A stretch of 64,000 bases of DNA from Candidatus Poribacteria bacterium (GTDB taxonomy: Bacteria; Poribacteria; WGA-4E; PCPOR2b), in NCBI GenBank assembly GCA_965215015.1, contig OZ244042.1, positions 3,040,001 through 3,104,000 of the forward strand. The letters run 5' to 3'. The first letter of the stretch is position 1, and each line of letters opens with the position of its first letter. This document shows, one piece after another, positions 51,391 through 60,801 of this stretch. The position numbers and the translations under genes were made by a program. The notes under the pieces were generated by a model. That model saw only the letters and a program-made list of their open reading frames with translations. It did no database searches and was not told the origin of the DNA.

Positions 51391-51875
51391 CAGTAAGGCA
51401 CTCGCATCCCTCGATAAAACTCAGGCTCTGTATAATCCTTACGCATCGGGTAGCCTTCCCAATCGTCTGGAAGCAGGATTCGCCGTAAATCGCTATGACC
51501 ATCGAAGATAACCCCGAACAGATCGTACGCCTCCCGCTCATGCCAGTTGGCGGTTTTCCAGATATGCTCAACGGTAGGGACGTGGGGTTCTTCTTCTTTA
51601 GGGAGAACGACTTTCAGGACCAGTTTGTGGCGGTAGGTCATTGAGGAGAGGTGATATACAACATAATAGTTAAGATCTTTCGCGCCGAGATCAACGCCGC
51701 TCAAACACATCAAGAAATCGAAAGCCAATTCTTTATCTTTGGCAAGGTATTGGGCGACATCGGAGATCGACTCGGTGGCAACGACAATAAAGGGATCTGC
51801 AATGTCTTCTTCAAATGAGACGATTGATTCTCCAAATTTATCTTTTAGGTTTTCGTAAATTTCTTGTGGTGTCAC
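51390..51875 (-). CDS. nuoC: NADH-quinone oxidoreductase subunit C
   Basis: ANWHEREAYDLFGVIFDGHSDLRRILLP, GYPMRKD. Confidence 0.95.
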   Translation of the reverse strand: MTPQEIYENLKDKFGESIVSFEEDIADPFIVVATESISDVAQYLAKDKELAFDFLMCLSGVDLGAKDLNYYVVYHLSSMTYRHKLVLKVVLPKEEEPHVPTVEHIWKTANWHEREAYDLFGVIFDGHSDLRRILLPDDWEGYPMRKDYTEPEFYRGMRVPY

Positions 51876-52020
51876 GGAAAAGCATCAACGCTTTTGGAAA
51901 GCTGTCAGCAGCGTTGTAATTCCCCTTTCTTAAAAAATTGAACCTGTGTTAGTGCATTAAGTTCACTCGTTCATTAAATGTACCAATGAACAAATAGTTT
52001 TCACGTTTCACGCTTTTTAC

Positions 52021-52048
52021 GTTTTGCACTTTCTGTTTGACATGAGCC
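52021..52048. repeat. Family A terminal repeat (nuoB-nuoC spacer), preceded by TTCACGT heptamers
   Basis: TTGCACTTTCTGTTTGACATGAGCC matches 33429-33452. Confidence 0.55.
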
Positions 52049-52056
52049 TCCTAGGT

Positions 52057-52668
52057 TTAACCGGCGGCTGCTTCCTCTTCGTCCTGCTCTTCGTGTGCTG
52101 CCAAGTGTTCCTGTGCTTCAGCCATTGCCTCTGCATTGTTTTCCAGATCTGTCTTGGTGAAGAGTTTCTTCAAGAAAGGCACGCTCGTTCGTTTTGCAAC
52201 CGTTTGCGTTTTAATCTTTTCTTGCAATTTCATCAAGCCTTCAAGCACTGCCTCCGGACGCGGCGGGCAACCGGGAACATAAACATCAACGGGAATAATT
52301 CGGTCTACGCCCTTTAGGACATGATAGCCGTGTTGCCAGTATGGGCCACCACTCGTCGCGCAACTTCCCATGGAGATGACATATTTCGGTTCGGGCATCT
52401 GTTCATAGAGACGTTTAATCCGGGTCGCCATTTTCAGTGTGACTGTCCCCGAGACAATAATCAGATCGGATTGACGGGGCGTCGCACGTGGTACACCTGC
52501 ACCGAATCGATCTAAATCGTAATTTGAGGCGGCGGTCGCCATAAACTCAATGGCACAACAAGCAAGCCCAAAGGTCATTGGCCACAAGGACGATGCTCGC
52601 GCCCAATTGGCGACAGCATCGATAGAGGTTACGATGATGTTCTTGTCCAGCTTTTCCTCGATTATCAT
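52057..52668 (-). CDS. nuoB: NADH-quinone oxidoreductase subunit B
   Basis: [24 protein letters not shown]. Confidence 0.96.
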   Translation of the reverse strand: MIIEEKLDKNIIVTSIDAVANWARASSLWPMTFGLACCAIEFMATAASNYDLDRFGAGVPRATPRQSDLIIVSGTVTLKMATRIKRLYEQMPEPKYVISMGSCATSGGPYWQHGYHVLKGVDRIIPVDVYVPGCPPRPEAVLEGLMKLQEKIKTQTVAKRTSVPFLKKLFTKTDLENNAEAMAEAQEHLAAHEEQDEEEAAAG

Positions 52669-53057
52669 TGTTCAGTTTCCTCCCTTACAGACTGAATCGA
52701 GCGGATCCATTCGAGGTCCCCCTTTGCCCAAACATAGGCAAGACCGACCAACAGTATAAAGATGAAAATCAGCATTTCGACAAATGCGAGCAGCCCGATT
52801 TCACGGAAAACAACACCCCACGGAAATAAAAACACGATCTCGACATCAAAAATTAAGAAAATAAGTGCAATGACGTAGAATCGAGCATTAAACTTAATGC
52901 GAGAGTCACCAATTGGATCCTCACCACACTCATAAGGCATATACTTTTCGTCGGTGAAAAGTCGGGTCTGGAGCAGGCGAGAGAGGAGGAGGTTAAGTGT
53001 GACAAATAAACACCCAACGACCAGAAAGAGTAGCACATTTGCGAAATTAAAAAGCAT
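52665..53057 (-). CDS. nuoA: NADH-quinone oxidoreductase subunit A
   Basis: [27 protein letters not shown]. Confidence 0.96.
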   Translation of the reverse strand: MLFNFANVLLFLVVGCLFVTLNLLLSRLLQTRLFTDEKYMPYECGEDPIGDSRIKFNARFYVIALIFLIFDVEIVFLFPWGVVFREIGLLAFVEMLIFIFILLVGLAYVWAKGDLEWIRSIQSVREETEQ

Positions 53058-53134
53058 TGGTTCCGCAAGGCAAATCTTCGTGTCGTGTATTTCTACATAT
53101 CAACCGAAAATTTGCCCCGTCCTTTCAAGAACGT

Positions 53135-53152
53135 TTGTGAAATTTCTCACAA
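53135..53152. promoter_or_regulatory. Rex- or CRP/FNR-type operator upstream of nuoA
   Basis: TTGTGAAATTTCTCACAA: one mismatch to the Rex consensus TTGTGAA-N4-TTCACAA and an exact TGTGA-N6-TCACA. Confidence 0.65.
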
Positions 53153-53464
53153 ACTAAGGGCTAAAAAAAATCGTGTCAAACTGTGCAACTTTGCAGTTTT
53201 AATGAACATCTGTATCCAAAGCATATTTATTATATATCAGATCCAGATTATTTGCAACAAAAAATCTGATAGATAGATGACTACAAATGCTGCAACTTTT
53301 TTCGATCCATCCCCACTAACACTGGGTTCAAACAAAGTTGACGAGTTAATTGGTCAATTCTAAATTTGAAACGGTCACGGAATTCCGTAACCTTACCAAG
53401 TCAGTTCACACTCATTTTTTTTGTACGGTTCCTGCCAATTTTGGTCTTGACAATCTGGATGACC

Positions 53465-53478
53465 TTGTCACGTGACAA
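53465..53478. promoter_or_regulatory. Perfect 14-bp palindrome, candidate operator
   Basis: TTGTCACGTGACAA, just downstream of a TTGACA hexamer in the divergent intergenic region. Confidence 0.35.
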
Positions 53479-53744
53479 CAGCGTTTTGATTACATGAATA
53501 CAACGCTAAATCGTAATAAGGGAAATTGATTATAACAACCAAAGTTAAGAATTGTAGCCCACTCTTATTCTTGAGGAATGTCTAGTGAAAAGATAGATTT
53601 CTTCTCAAAGATCGGTTATAATTTACAAGGGTTTTGAGAAATTAGGGATGTTTACACTTAGATAGGATTTGCAGGCTCCGTTCGGAGAGAACCTAATCGT
53701 AGGATGGTCCACAATCACAATAAACCACATTGGAGCGAATGAAA

Positions 53745-55277
53745 ATGTCTGAAATTTCGACTATCTCGGTGCTACTCGCGGCGGGTCATGATGACGCGGC
53801 CGCAGTCGCCGCGCTAAATTGTCCCGCACTTACTTACAAGGGATTACGCGACCACGTTGAACAAACAGTCGTTGCGTTGAACGTCCTCGGTATCGGACGG
53901 AATGACCGCGTGGCCATCGTTCTGCCAAACGGACCAGAAATGGCAACAGCATTTGTTTCGATTGCCGCCGGTGCAACCACAGCACCGCTCAATCCCGCCT
54001 ACCGGAAGGAGGAGTTCAATTTTTATCTCTCGGACCTAGGCGCGAAAGCACTCCTAGTTGAGGAAGGCAGCACCTCGGCCGCCATTGAAGCGGCGGCAGC
54101 ACATAATATACCGGTCCTTGAAGTGGTCGTCAATGAAAACAAGCCGGCAGGCTTGTTTGAAATCGTACCTAGCCAAGGAGTAGGCTCGGGGGGACCTGCT
54201 TCTTCTGGCGGCACCGCTGGCCCCGATGATGTAGCTCTCGTGCTGCACACTTCAGGCACCACGTCCCGACCGAAAATCGTACCACTCACCCACCGCAACG
54301 TGTGTGCTTCGTCCGGTAACATCCACAAGACGTTGGAGTTGACACCGGATGATCGTTGTATGAATGTGATGCCACTGTTCCATATCCACGGCTTGATGGC
54401 AGCAATTTTATCAACCTTGAGTGCAGGAGCTAGCGTATTCTGCACCCCGGGCTTCAATGCTTTGAGATTTTTCCCCTGGTTAAGGGAAGCAAAACCAACT
54501 TGGTACAGCGCAGTGCCCACGATGCATCAGGCAATTCTATCTCGCGCCGGACGCAATCAAGAAATTATCGATGCGGTGGAACTCCGTTTCATTCGCTCTT
54601 CTTCTGCTTCATTGCCGCCGCAGGTGATGCAACAATTAGAGACGACTTTCAACGCGCCGGTTGTCGAAGCTTATGCGATGACGGAGGCCTCACACCAGAT
54701 GACCTGTAATCCACTGCCCCCTGGCCAGCGCAAACCCGGCACGGTCGGTCCTGCCGCTGGCCCAGAGGTTTCTATTATGGATGAGCAGGGCTCGCTGTTG
54801 TCAATTGGGACTGTGGGTGAAGTGGTAATTCGTGGACCTAACGTGACGCTCGGCTACGAGAATAATCCCACTGCCAACGCCGATAACTTTACAAATGGCT
54901 GGTTCCGCACGGGAGACCAAGGTGTAATGGACGAGGACGGGTATCTGACCATAACGGGCCGCCTCAAAGAGATTATTAATCGGGGAGGCGAGAAGATCTC
55001 TCCGCGCGAGGTGGATGATGTGCTGATGGATCATCCGGCGGTACAGCAGGTAGTGACATTTGCCATGCCGCATGACAAGCTAGGCGAAGAGGTCGCTGCC
55101 GCTATCGTGCTGCGAGAAGGCGTCGAATCTACTGAACGTGAGATTCAAGCGTTTGCCACAGAACAACTCGCCAATTTCAAGGTGCCTCGCAAGGTACTGT
55201 TCCTTGACGAGATTCCAAAGGGGCCAACCGGTAAAATACAACGGATCGGCCTTGCTAAAAAATTGGGGGTGCTCTAA
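53745..55277 (+). CDS. Acyl-CoA ligase, oxalate--CoA ligase (AAE3/Oxs)-like
   Basis: LHTSGTTSRPK, MPLFHIHGL, YSAVPTMHQAIL, RSSSASL, EAYAMTEASHQM, PKGPTGKIQR. Confidence 0.85.
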   Translation: MSEISTISVLLAAGHDDAAAVAALNCPALTYKGLRDHVEQTVVALNVLGIGRNDRVAIVLPNGPEMATAFVSIAAGATTAPLNPAYRKEEFNFYLSDLGAKALLVEEGSTSAAIEAAAAHNIPVLEVVVNENKPAGLFEIVPSQGVGSGGPASSGGTAGPDDVALVLHTSGTTSRPKIVPLTHRNVCASSGNIHKTLELTPDDRCMNVMPLFHIHGLMAAILSTLSAGASVFCTPGFNALRFFPWLREAKPTWYSAVPTMHQAILSRAGRNQEIIDAVELRFIRSSSASLPPQVMQQLETTFNAPVVEAYAMTEASHQMTCNPLPPGQRKPGTVGPAAGPEVSIMDEQGSLLSIGTVGEVVIRGPNVTLGYENNPTANADNFTNGWFRTGDQGVMDEDGYLTITGRLKEIINRGGEKISPREVDDVLMDHPAVQQVVTFAMPHDKLGEEVAAAIVLREGVESTEREIQAFATEQLANFKVPRKVLFLDEIPKGPTGKIQRIGLAKKLGVL

Positions 55278-56251
55278 TGTCTATCTGCATATACGGTGCC
55301 GGTGCGATTGGAGGCTATCTGGGTGTGCAATTGGCTTTGGCCGGCGAGGAAGTGACGCTGATTGCCCGTGGGCCACACTTAGAAGCGATGCAAAAAAATG
55401 GAGTAAAGCTGCACATCAACGGTGAAGAACGGGTCGCCCATCCGCGCTGCAGCAATGACCCCGCCGAAGTAGGGCCTCAAGACTACCTCATCATCACCCT
55501 CAAAACACATTCAGTGCCCGGCATTGTCGATACCATACAGCCCTTGCTCTGCCCGGAGACAGCGGTCGTGACAGCGTTCAATGGAATTCCTTTTTGGTAC
55601 TTCTATCAACTTGAGGGACCGTGGCAGGATCACCAGGTTGAGAGTGTTGATCCAGGGGGCGAGCAATGGGAGAAAATTGGTCCCGAGCGGGCTATCGGTT
55701 GTGTTGTCTATCCGGCGACCGAAGTGTCAGAACCTGGTGTTATTCAACACATTGATGGCGATCGATTTAGCATCGGTGAACCAAGGGGGGAGAAGACCGA
55801 TCGTATTACGAAATTGAGTGAAATTCTGCACAAAGCCGGGTTGAAAGCACCGATACGTTCCCATATTCGCAATGAGATCTGGGTCAAGCTGTGGGGCAAC
55901 CTCTGCTTCAACCCGATCAGTGCGTTGACCTATGCAACGCTGGATGTGATTGCGACGGATCCGGGCACGCAGGCGGTTGCGCGCACAATGATGTTGGAAG
56001 CCCAAGCCATTGGTGAGAAGTTGGGCGTACGCTTTGGTGTCGATGTAGACCGGCGGATTGCCGGCGCGGCGGCTGTGGGGGCACACAAGACTTCCATGTT
56101 ACAAGACCTTGAACGCGGTAGACCCATGGAGATTGACGCAGTGTTGACTGTTGTTCAGGAGATGGGACGCTTGGTCGAGGTAGAAACACCAACGATTGAT
56201 GTGGTACTCCCACTTGTCCAACAAAGAGCACGCATTGCAGGCTGCTATTGA
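55277..56251 (+). CDS. panE: 2-dehydropantoate 2-reductase family protein (PanE2/oxalyl-CoA reductase-like)
   Basis: GAGAIGG, NGIPFWYF, IGCVVYP, WVKLWGN, HKTSMLQD; TAATG coupling to the ligase. Confidence 0.85.
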   Translation: MSICIYGAGAIGGYLGVQLALAGEEVTLIARGPHLEAMQKNGVKLHINGEERVAHPRCSNDPAEVGPQDYLIITLKTHSVPGIVDTIQPLLCPETAVVTAFNGIPFWYFYQLEGPWQDHQVESVDPGGEQWEKIGPERAIGCVVYPATEVSEPGVIQHIDGDRFSIGEPRGEKTDRITKLSEILHKAGLKAPIRSHIRNEIWVKLWGNLCFNPISALTYATLDVIATDPGTQAVARTMMLEAQAIGEKLGVRFGVDVDRRIAGAAAVGAHKTSMLQDLERGRPMEIDAVLTVVQEMGRLVEVETPTIDVVLPLVQQRARIAGCY

Positions 56252-56321
56252 GGTATTCCCAAGCATAAATACTTGGGATTTACGACCTAAAGGTCAATTT
56301 TTAACGTTAGGAGAACTACCT

Positions 56322-57950
56322 ATGAGAGGTGGAGATATTCTTATTGAGTGTCTGAAAGCGCAAGGGGTCCGTTGCGTTTTCGGAATGCCAGGAACACAGA
56401 ACATACAGATCTACGATTCGCTTCTTCGTTGCGGAGCAGGCATCATTGAGCATTACCTCGTCCGTCATGAATATGCTTCAACACAGATGGCGGACGGCTA
56501 CGCTCGTTCTACCGGAGAAGTCGGTGTCGCGTTGACGGTTCCGGGTCCCGGTGCAAGCAACGCGTCAACAGGAATTTTGGAGGCATTCACAGATTGCGTC
56601 CCTGTGTTGCTGATCACTGGACAAAGCGACTCCGAATTTTATACAAGAGATCCGAGTAAGATGTTTCACGGCTTGGATCAGATGAGTTTCTTTGAATCCG
56701 TCACGAAGTATTGTGCAATTGCCCAGACAGTGGCAGACATCCCCAAAGTTGTCGAAAATGCGTTCCGCGCCATGCGGTCAGGACGGCCTGGGCCTGTCGT
56801 GCTGGAATTTCCGATGGATGTGGTTACCGGGGAGGGAGAGGTTGCCATTCCTCCGCGTGTTGAACGACAGCCAGCCGCCCCACCCAATTCCGATAATCTC
56901 CAATCCGCGGCGGAAGCCCTCAGAAACGCAGAGAGGCCAATCCTGTTTGCAGGGTCGGCAGTTATCCACTCCGACGCACGTGAGGAATTACAGCAACTCG
57001 CTGAGAAACTGAACGCTCCCGTTGTTGTGGCGCGATGTGCAAAGGGTGCTTTCGCTGAAGACCATCCACTGGCATTGCAAATTGTTTACGGCTTTCCAGG
57101 CCATCAAGCGATGCAGATTGCGGATTGCACACTTGCTATCGGTCCTCGTTTCACATCAATTGACACACGGACTTGGAGCTTTGAACCCCCACGCCCATTA
57201 ATCCAACTCGATGAGGACGGGGAGGAAATTGGGCGAGAATATCCGTGCGACGTTGGGGTTGTCGGCGATCTTAAATTGACCTTGCAAGCGTTAATCGAAG
57301 AGGTTGATGGAGGCAAAGATTCATGGACACGCCCATTAGATCGGATTCGAGAGAGGTTTGCCGCTCAACCTCCTTTGCCGCTGCTGCCGGAAATACGCGC
57401 AGTCCTTCCAGATGATGGAATTCTCTCCGTCGATGTTCATGGTATCGGTTACGCTTCGTTCGCCGAGTACCCGGTGTTAGATCCGCGAACCTTTCTCTAT
57501 CCAAACATCGGTGTCGCGCTCGGATACGCTTTCCCCGCGGCAATCGGTGCAAAAGTCGCCCATCCGGAGAAACCAGTCGTGTGCTTCAGCGGGGATGGCG
57601 GATTCATGATGGGCTCTCCTGAGTTAGCCACCGCAATGATGTACGGTATCAACGTCGTGACAATCGTTGTAAATGATGGCGCGTTGAGCGCAATCAAAGG
57701 ATCTCAGCAAAAAGGCTGCAACGGGCGCACCATCGATACCGACCTGAGCAACCCGGATTTTATCCAGTTTGCGGAATCCTTCGGTGCTTACGCGGTGCGG
57801 GTTGATGAGCTGGCAGATTTCAAGGGCGTGCTACAAGACGCACTCGCCGCAGACCGGCCCGCCATCATCGAAGTGTCAATGCAAGATCGGCAGGAAGAGG
57901 TCATCGGTATGATTGGCTGGTTGCAGGCGGATCCACTGCGAAAAGCGTGA
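56322..57950 (+). CDS. Thiamine pyrophosphate-dependent enzyme (acetolactate synthase-like)
   Basis: FGMPG, VRHE, VPGPG, GDGGFMM...VVND; AGGAGA RBS. Confidence 0.85.
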   Translation: MRGGDILIECLKAQGVRCVFGMPGTQNIQIYDSLLRCGAGIIEHYLVRHEYASTQMADGYARSTGEVGVALTVPGPGASNASTGILEAFTDCVPVLLITGQSDSEFYTRDPSKMFHGLDQMSFFESVTKYCAIAQTVADIPKVVENAFRAMRSGRPGPVVLEFPMDVVTGEGEVAIPPRVERQPAAPPNSDNLQSAAEALRNAERPILFAGSAVIHSDAREELQQLAEKLNAPVVVARCAKGAFAEDHPLALQIVYGFPGHQAMQIADCTLAIGPRFTSIDTRTWSFEPPRPLIQLDEDGEEIGREYPCDVGVVGDLKLTLQALIEEVDGGKDSWTRPLDRIRERFAAQPPLPLLPEIRAVLPDDGILSVDVHGIGYASFAEYPVLDPRTFLYPNIGVALGYAFPAAIGAKVAHPEKPVVCFSGDGGFMMGSPELATAMMYGINVVTIVVNDGALSAIKGSQQKGCNGRTIDTDLSNPDFIQFAESFGAYAVRVDELADFKGVLQDALAADRPAIIEVSMQDRQEEVIGMIGWLQADPLRKA

Positions 57951-58171
57951 GTCTCGTGTTAAGTAAGGGGGTATGGCCCCCCCTACGGTTTCTCTTCACG
58001 CTTTGTACTTCGGGGTTCGCTCGGTAAATCGCGGATTTATCGGGTGAACCCCTTCTTTCTATACAACCGCTCATATAAATCATGCGTGAAATGTAAGACG
58101 TGAAAGAAAGAAATTTTGGGTTCATGTGCTATGTAATATGTACTTCTTTTACCTTAATGAGGCTTTAATCA

Positions 58172-58867
58172 ATGATGGAAATTCGTGCCTTGTTGTTTGA
58201 TTTTGGCGGCACGCTCGATGGAAATGGCATTCATTGGCGAGACAGAACATACCGGTTCATCCAGCAGGTGTATCCAGAAATTGACAGGGAAACGTTTGAT
58301 CGGGTGGATCGCGCTGCTGTTGATAGACTTATCCACAGCGGAAGGGCACACCAGCTGACACTGCGCGAAACGATGGATGTCATTGCCACCGGCATCTACG
58401 ATGCACTCGCTTTGGATCGGGACGTTAAGGACCAGTATGTAGACTTCTTCTGCGAAGATGCAAAGGAATACCTTGATCAAAATCGGCGGTGGATTGTAAC
58501 GCTTCGAGAGCAATACCAGCTTGGCGTTATCAGCAACAACTTTGGAAACACACAAGGTTGGTGCGATGAATACAACCTCTCACCCTTGCTTGATGTTGTG
58601 GTTGATTCAACCGTTGTTGGCATATCGAAACCGGAGGCAGGAATATTTCACGCGGCGTTGTCGAAATTAGGTGTCTCCCCTAAAGAAGCAATCTATGTCG
58701 GGGATACATATTCGGACGATGTGGTCGGTGCAAAAGGCGTGGGGATGTGGACTGCTTGGTTGGTAGGTGCGGAAGACAAGGCGTGCCCCGACGCATCGCT
58801 CGTTGATGTTCAACTTACAGACCTCCATAGACTCAAGGGGTTTTTGGAATCGGAGAACCGAACTTGA
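58172..58867 (+). CDS. HAD-family hydrolase
   Basis: FDFGGTL, ISN, KPEAGIF, VGD...DVVGA. Confidence 0.88.
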   Translation: MMEIRALLFDFGGTLDGNGIHWRDRTYRFIQQVYPEIDRETFDRVDRAAVDRLIHSGRAHQLTLRETMDVIATGIYDALALDRDVKDQYVDFFCEDAKEYLDQNRRWIVTLREQYQLGVISNNFGNTQGWCDEYNLSPLLDVVVDSTVVGISKPEAGIFHAALSKLGVSPKEAIYVGDTYSDDVVGAKGVGMWTAWLVGAEDKACPDASLVDVQLTDLHRLKGFLESENRT

Positions 58868-59007
58868 AAAATTGAATTTTCGTTAAGATTATGTTAAGAG
58901 AGGCTTACAGTCATTAGATCTCTAAACCTCACCTACCCTTCTGCGTCTACCTATGCACACAACGAATTTCCAGTAAGAGATTAGTAAGGATGAAGGGGCA
59001 TTAAAAA

Positions 59008-60753
59008 ATGTACAATGCGGTAGGGAAATCATTAGTACAACTGATGCTGGATTCAGATGTAATCTCCCAAGATGAGCATCAACAGGTTCTTGAGGAAACC
59101 GAAAACACAGGTGTTACCCACACCCAAGCACTCTCAAAGTTTGTGGACTCCAAGTCCCTCGCGCTCGCCAAACAGGCACTTGAATACGGGGTGCCGTGTA
59201 TCCTGCTTGAAGATGTTATTCCGGAGGCTGAGGCAACTGAGCGAGTTTCAGCAAGTTTTGCTTACCGAAACAAAGTCTTGCCAATTCGCCTGAGCAAAGG
59301 AACGCTTACTGTTGCGATGGCGGATGCGTTGGATATCACGCTAATTGATGAGATGCGGTTGGTTACGGAATGCGAGATTGAACCAGTGCTTGCGGGTGAA
59401 GGGGACATCGAAGCAGCCATTATCCGTTTCTACGGAAAAACCGCCGCCGCTATTCTTAGCGAAGGAATTAAGGGGCCTGTTGGCGCAGTCGCCACACTTG
59501 AGCGCGAAACGATTGACGATTTCGGTATCAGCGAACAAGACTTAAGCCAGGATCCAACGGTTGTCAATGCCGTGGATCAGATTATCATTGACGCTGTCCG
59601 ACTCGGTGCCAGCGATATCCATATTGAACCCTTCCCCGGTGAGCTCAAAATCCGTTATCGGATTGACGGTGTTTTGGAAGACCAACCCAACCCCCCACCC
59701 CATCTCCAGTCCGCAATTACCTCCCGTATCAAGATTATGGCGAGTATGAACGTGGCGGAACGGCGACGGCCTTTGGACGGAAAAATCGGTGTGACCGTCC
59801 AGAGCGTCGGCAACCGTCAGATCGATTTGCGTGTTTCGACCGTGCCGACCGTACATGGCGAAAGTGTCGTTCTCCGAATCCTCGATAAGCAATCCATCTC
59901 ATTTGGTTTAGAGCAGCTCGGCTTGCTGGAGGAGAATCTGGATCAGTTTTACCGAATGATTCAGAAACCACACGGCATTATCTTGGCAACAGGTCCAACG
60001 GGCAGTGGGAAGACCACAACACTATATGCCTGTTTGAGAGAGATCAACACCCCGGATGTGAAAATCATCACGATAGAAGATCCCGTTGAGTATGAGTTGG
60101 AAGGGATAAACCAGATTCAAGTGAATCCTGAGATAAATGTGACCTTTGCAGCGGGGTTGAGACACATCCTTCGTCAAGACCCGGATAAAGTGCTGGTTGG
60201 TGAAATCCGAGATTATGAAACAGCAGAGATGGCGATCCATACCTCTTTGACCGGGCATCTTGTCTTTAGCTCACTGCACACGAACGACGCAGCAAGTGCA
60301 GTTACTCGTCTAGCAGATATGGGAGTTGAACCGTACTTAGTTGCCTCAACGCTGGAGGGCATTATTGCCCAACGGCTTGCACGTCGGGTTTGTCCACATT
60401 GCCATGAGATGTACACGCCGGAGCCGGAACACGTCCAAGATTTGCTCGGTAGCCAAGCTGGGATAATCACCTCCGACCTACTTATTCCTCGTGCGGTCGG
60501 CTGCAAAGAGTGCCGAGATCGTGGATATAAGGGGCGCATCGGCCTCTTTGAGGTTATCATGATGAGTGAGGAATTGCGCGAGATGACAATTCAAAGTGCA
60601 TCTGCTAGCCAACTGAAACGTGCCGCGATGCGGTTAGGGATGAAAACGTTGCGGGAGGATGGTTGGAGAAAAGTGATTGCTGGCTACACGACCATTGATG
60701 AAGTTGTACGCCTCACACAAGAGGACGAGTTTGACATCGGAGAAGTGATATGA
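59008..60753 (+). CDS. gspE: Type II secretion ATPase GspE/PilB
   Basis: ASDIHIEP, GPTGSGKTTTLY, TIEDPVEY, LRQDPD, GEIRD, tetracysteine motif. Confidence 0.92.
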   Translation: MYNAVGKSLVQLMLDSDVISQDEHQQVLEETENTGVTHTQALSKFVDSKSLALAKQALEYGVPCILLEDVIPEAEATERVSASFAYRNKVLPIRLSKGTLTVAMADALDITLIDEMRLVTECEIEPVLAGEGDIEAAIIRFYGKTAAAILSEGIKGPVGAVATLERETIDDFGISEQDLSQDPTVVNAVDQIIIDAVRLGASDIHIEPFPGELKIRYRIDGVLEDQPNPPPHLQSAITSRIKIMASMNVAERRRPLDGKIGVTVQSVGNRQIDLRVSTVPTVHGESVVLRILDKQSISFGLEQLGLLEENLDQFYRMIQKPHGIILATGPTGSGKTTTLYACLREINTPDVKIITIEDPVEYELEGINQIQVNPEINVTFAAGLRHILRQDPDKVLVGEIRDYETAEMAIHTSLTGHLVFSSLHTNDAASAVTRLADMGVEPYLVASTLEGIIAQRLARRVCPHCHEMYTPEPEHVQDLLGSQAGIITSDLLIPRAVGCKECRDRGYKGRIGLFEVIMMSEELREMTIQSASASQLKRAAMRLGMKTLREDGWRKVIAGYTTIDEVVRLTQEDEFDIGEVI

Positions 60754-60801
60754 AATGTGAAGCGTAATGCGTAAGTTGCGTATTACAGGAGGGAGTTCCT
60801 G

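Noticed and set aside
59008-59200. c-di-GMP-binding MshEN motif in GspE
   Set aside because: The RLG core is replaced by SLV, so the motif is degenerate
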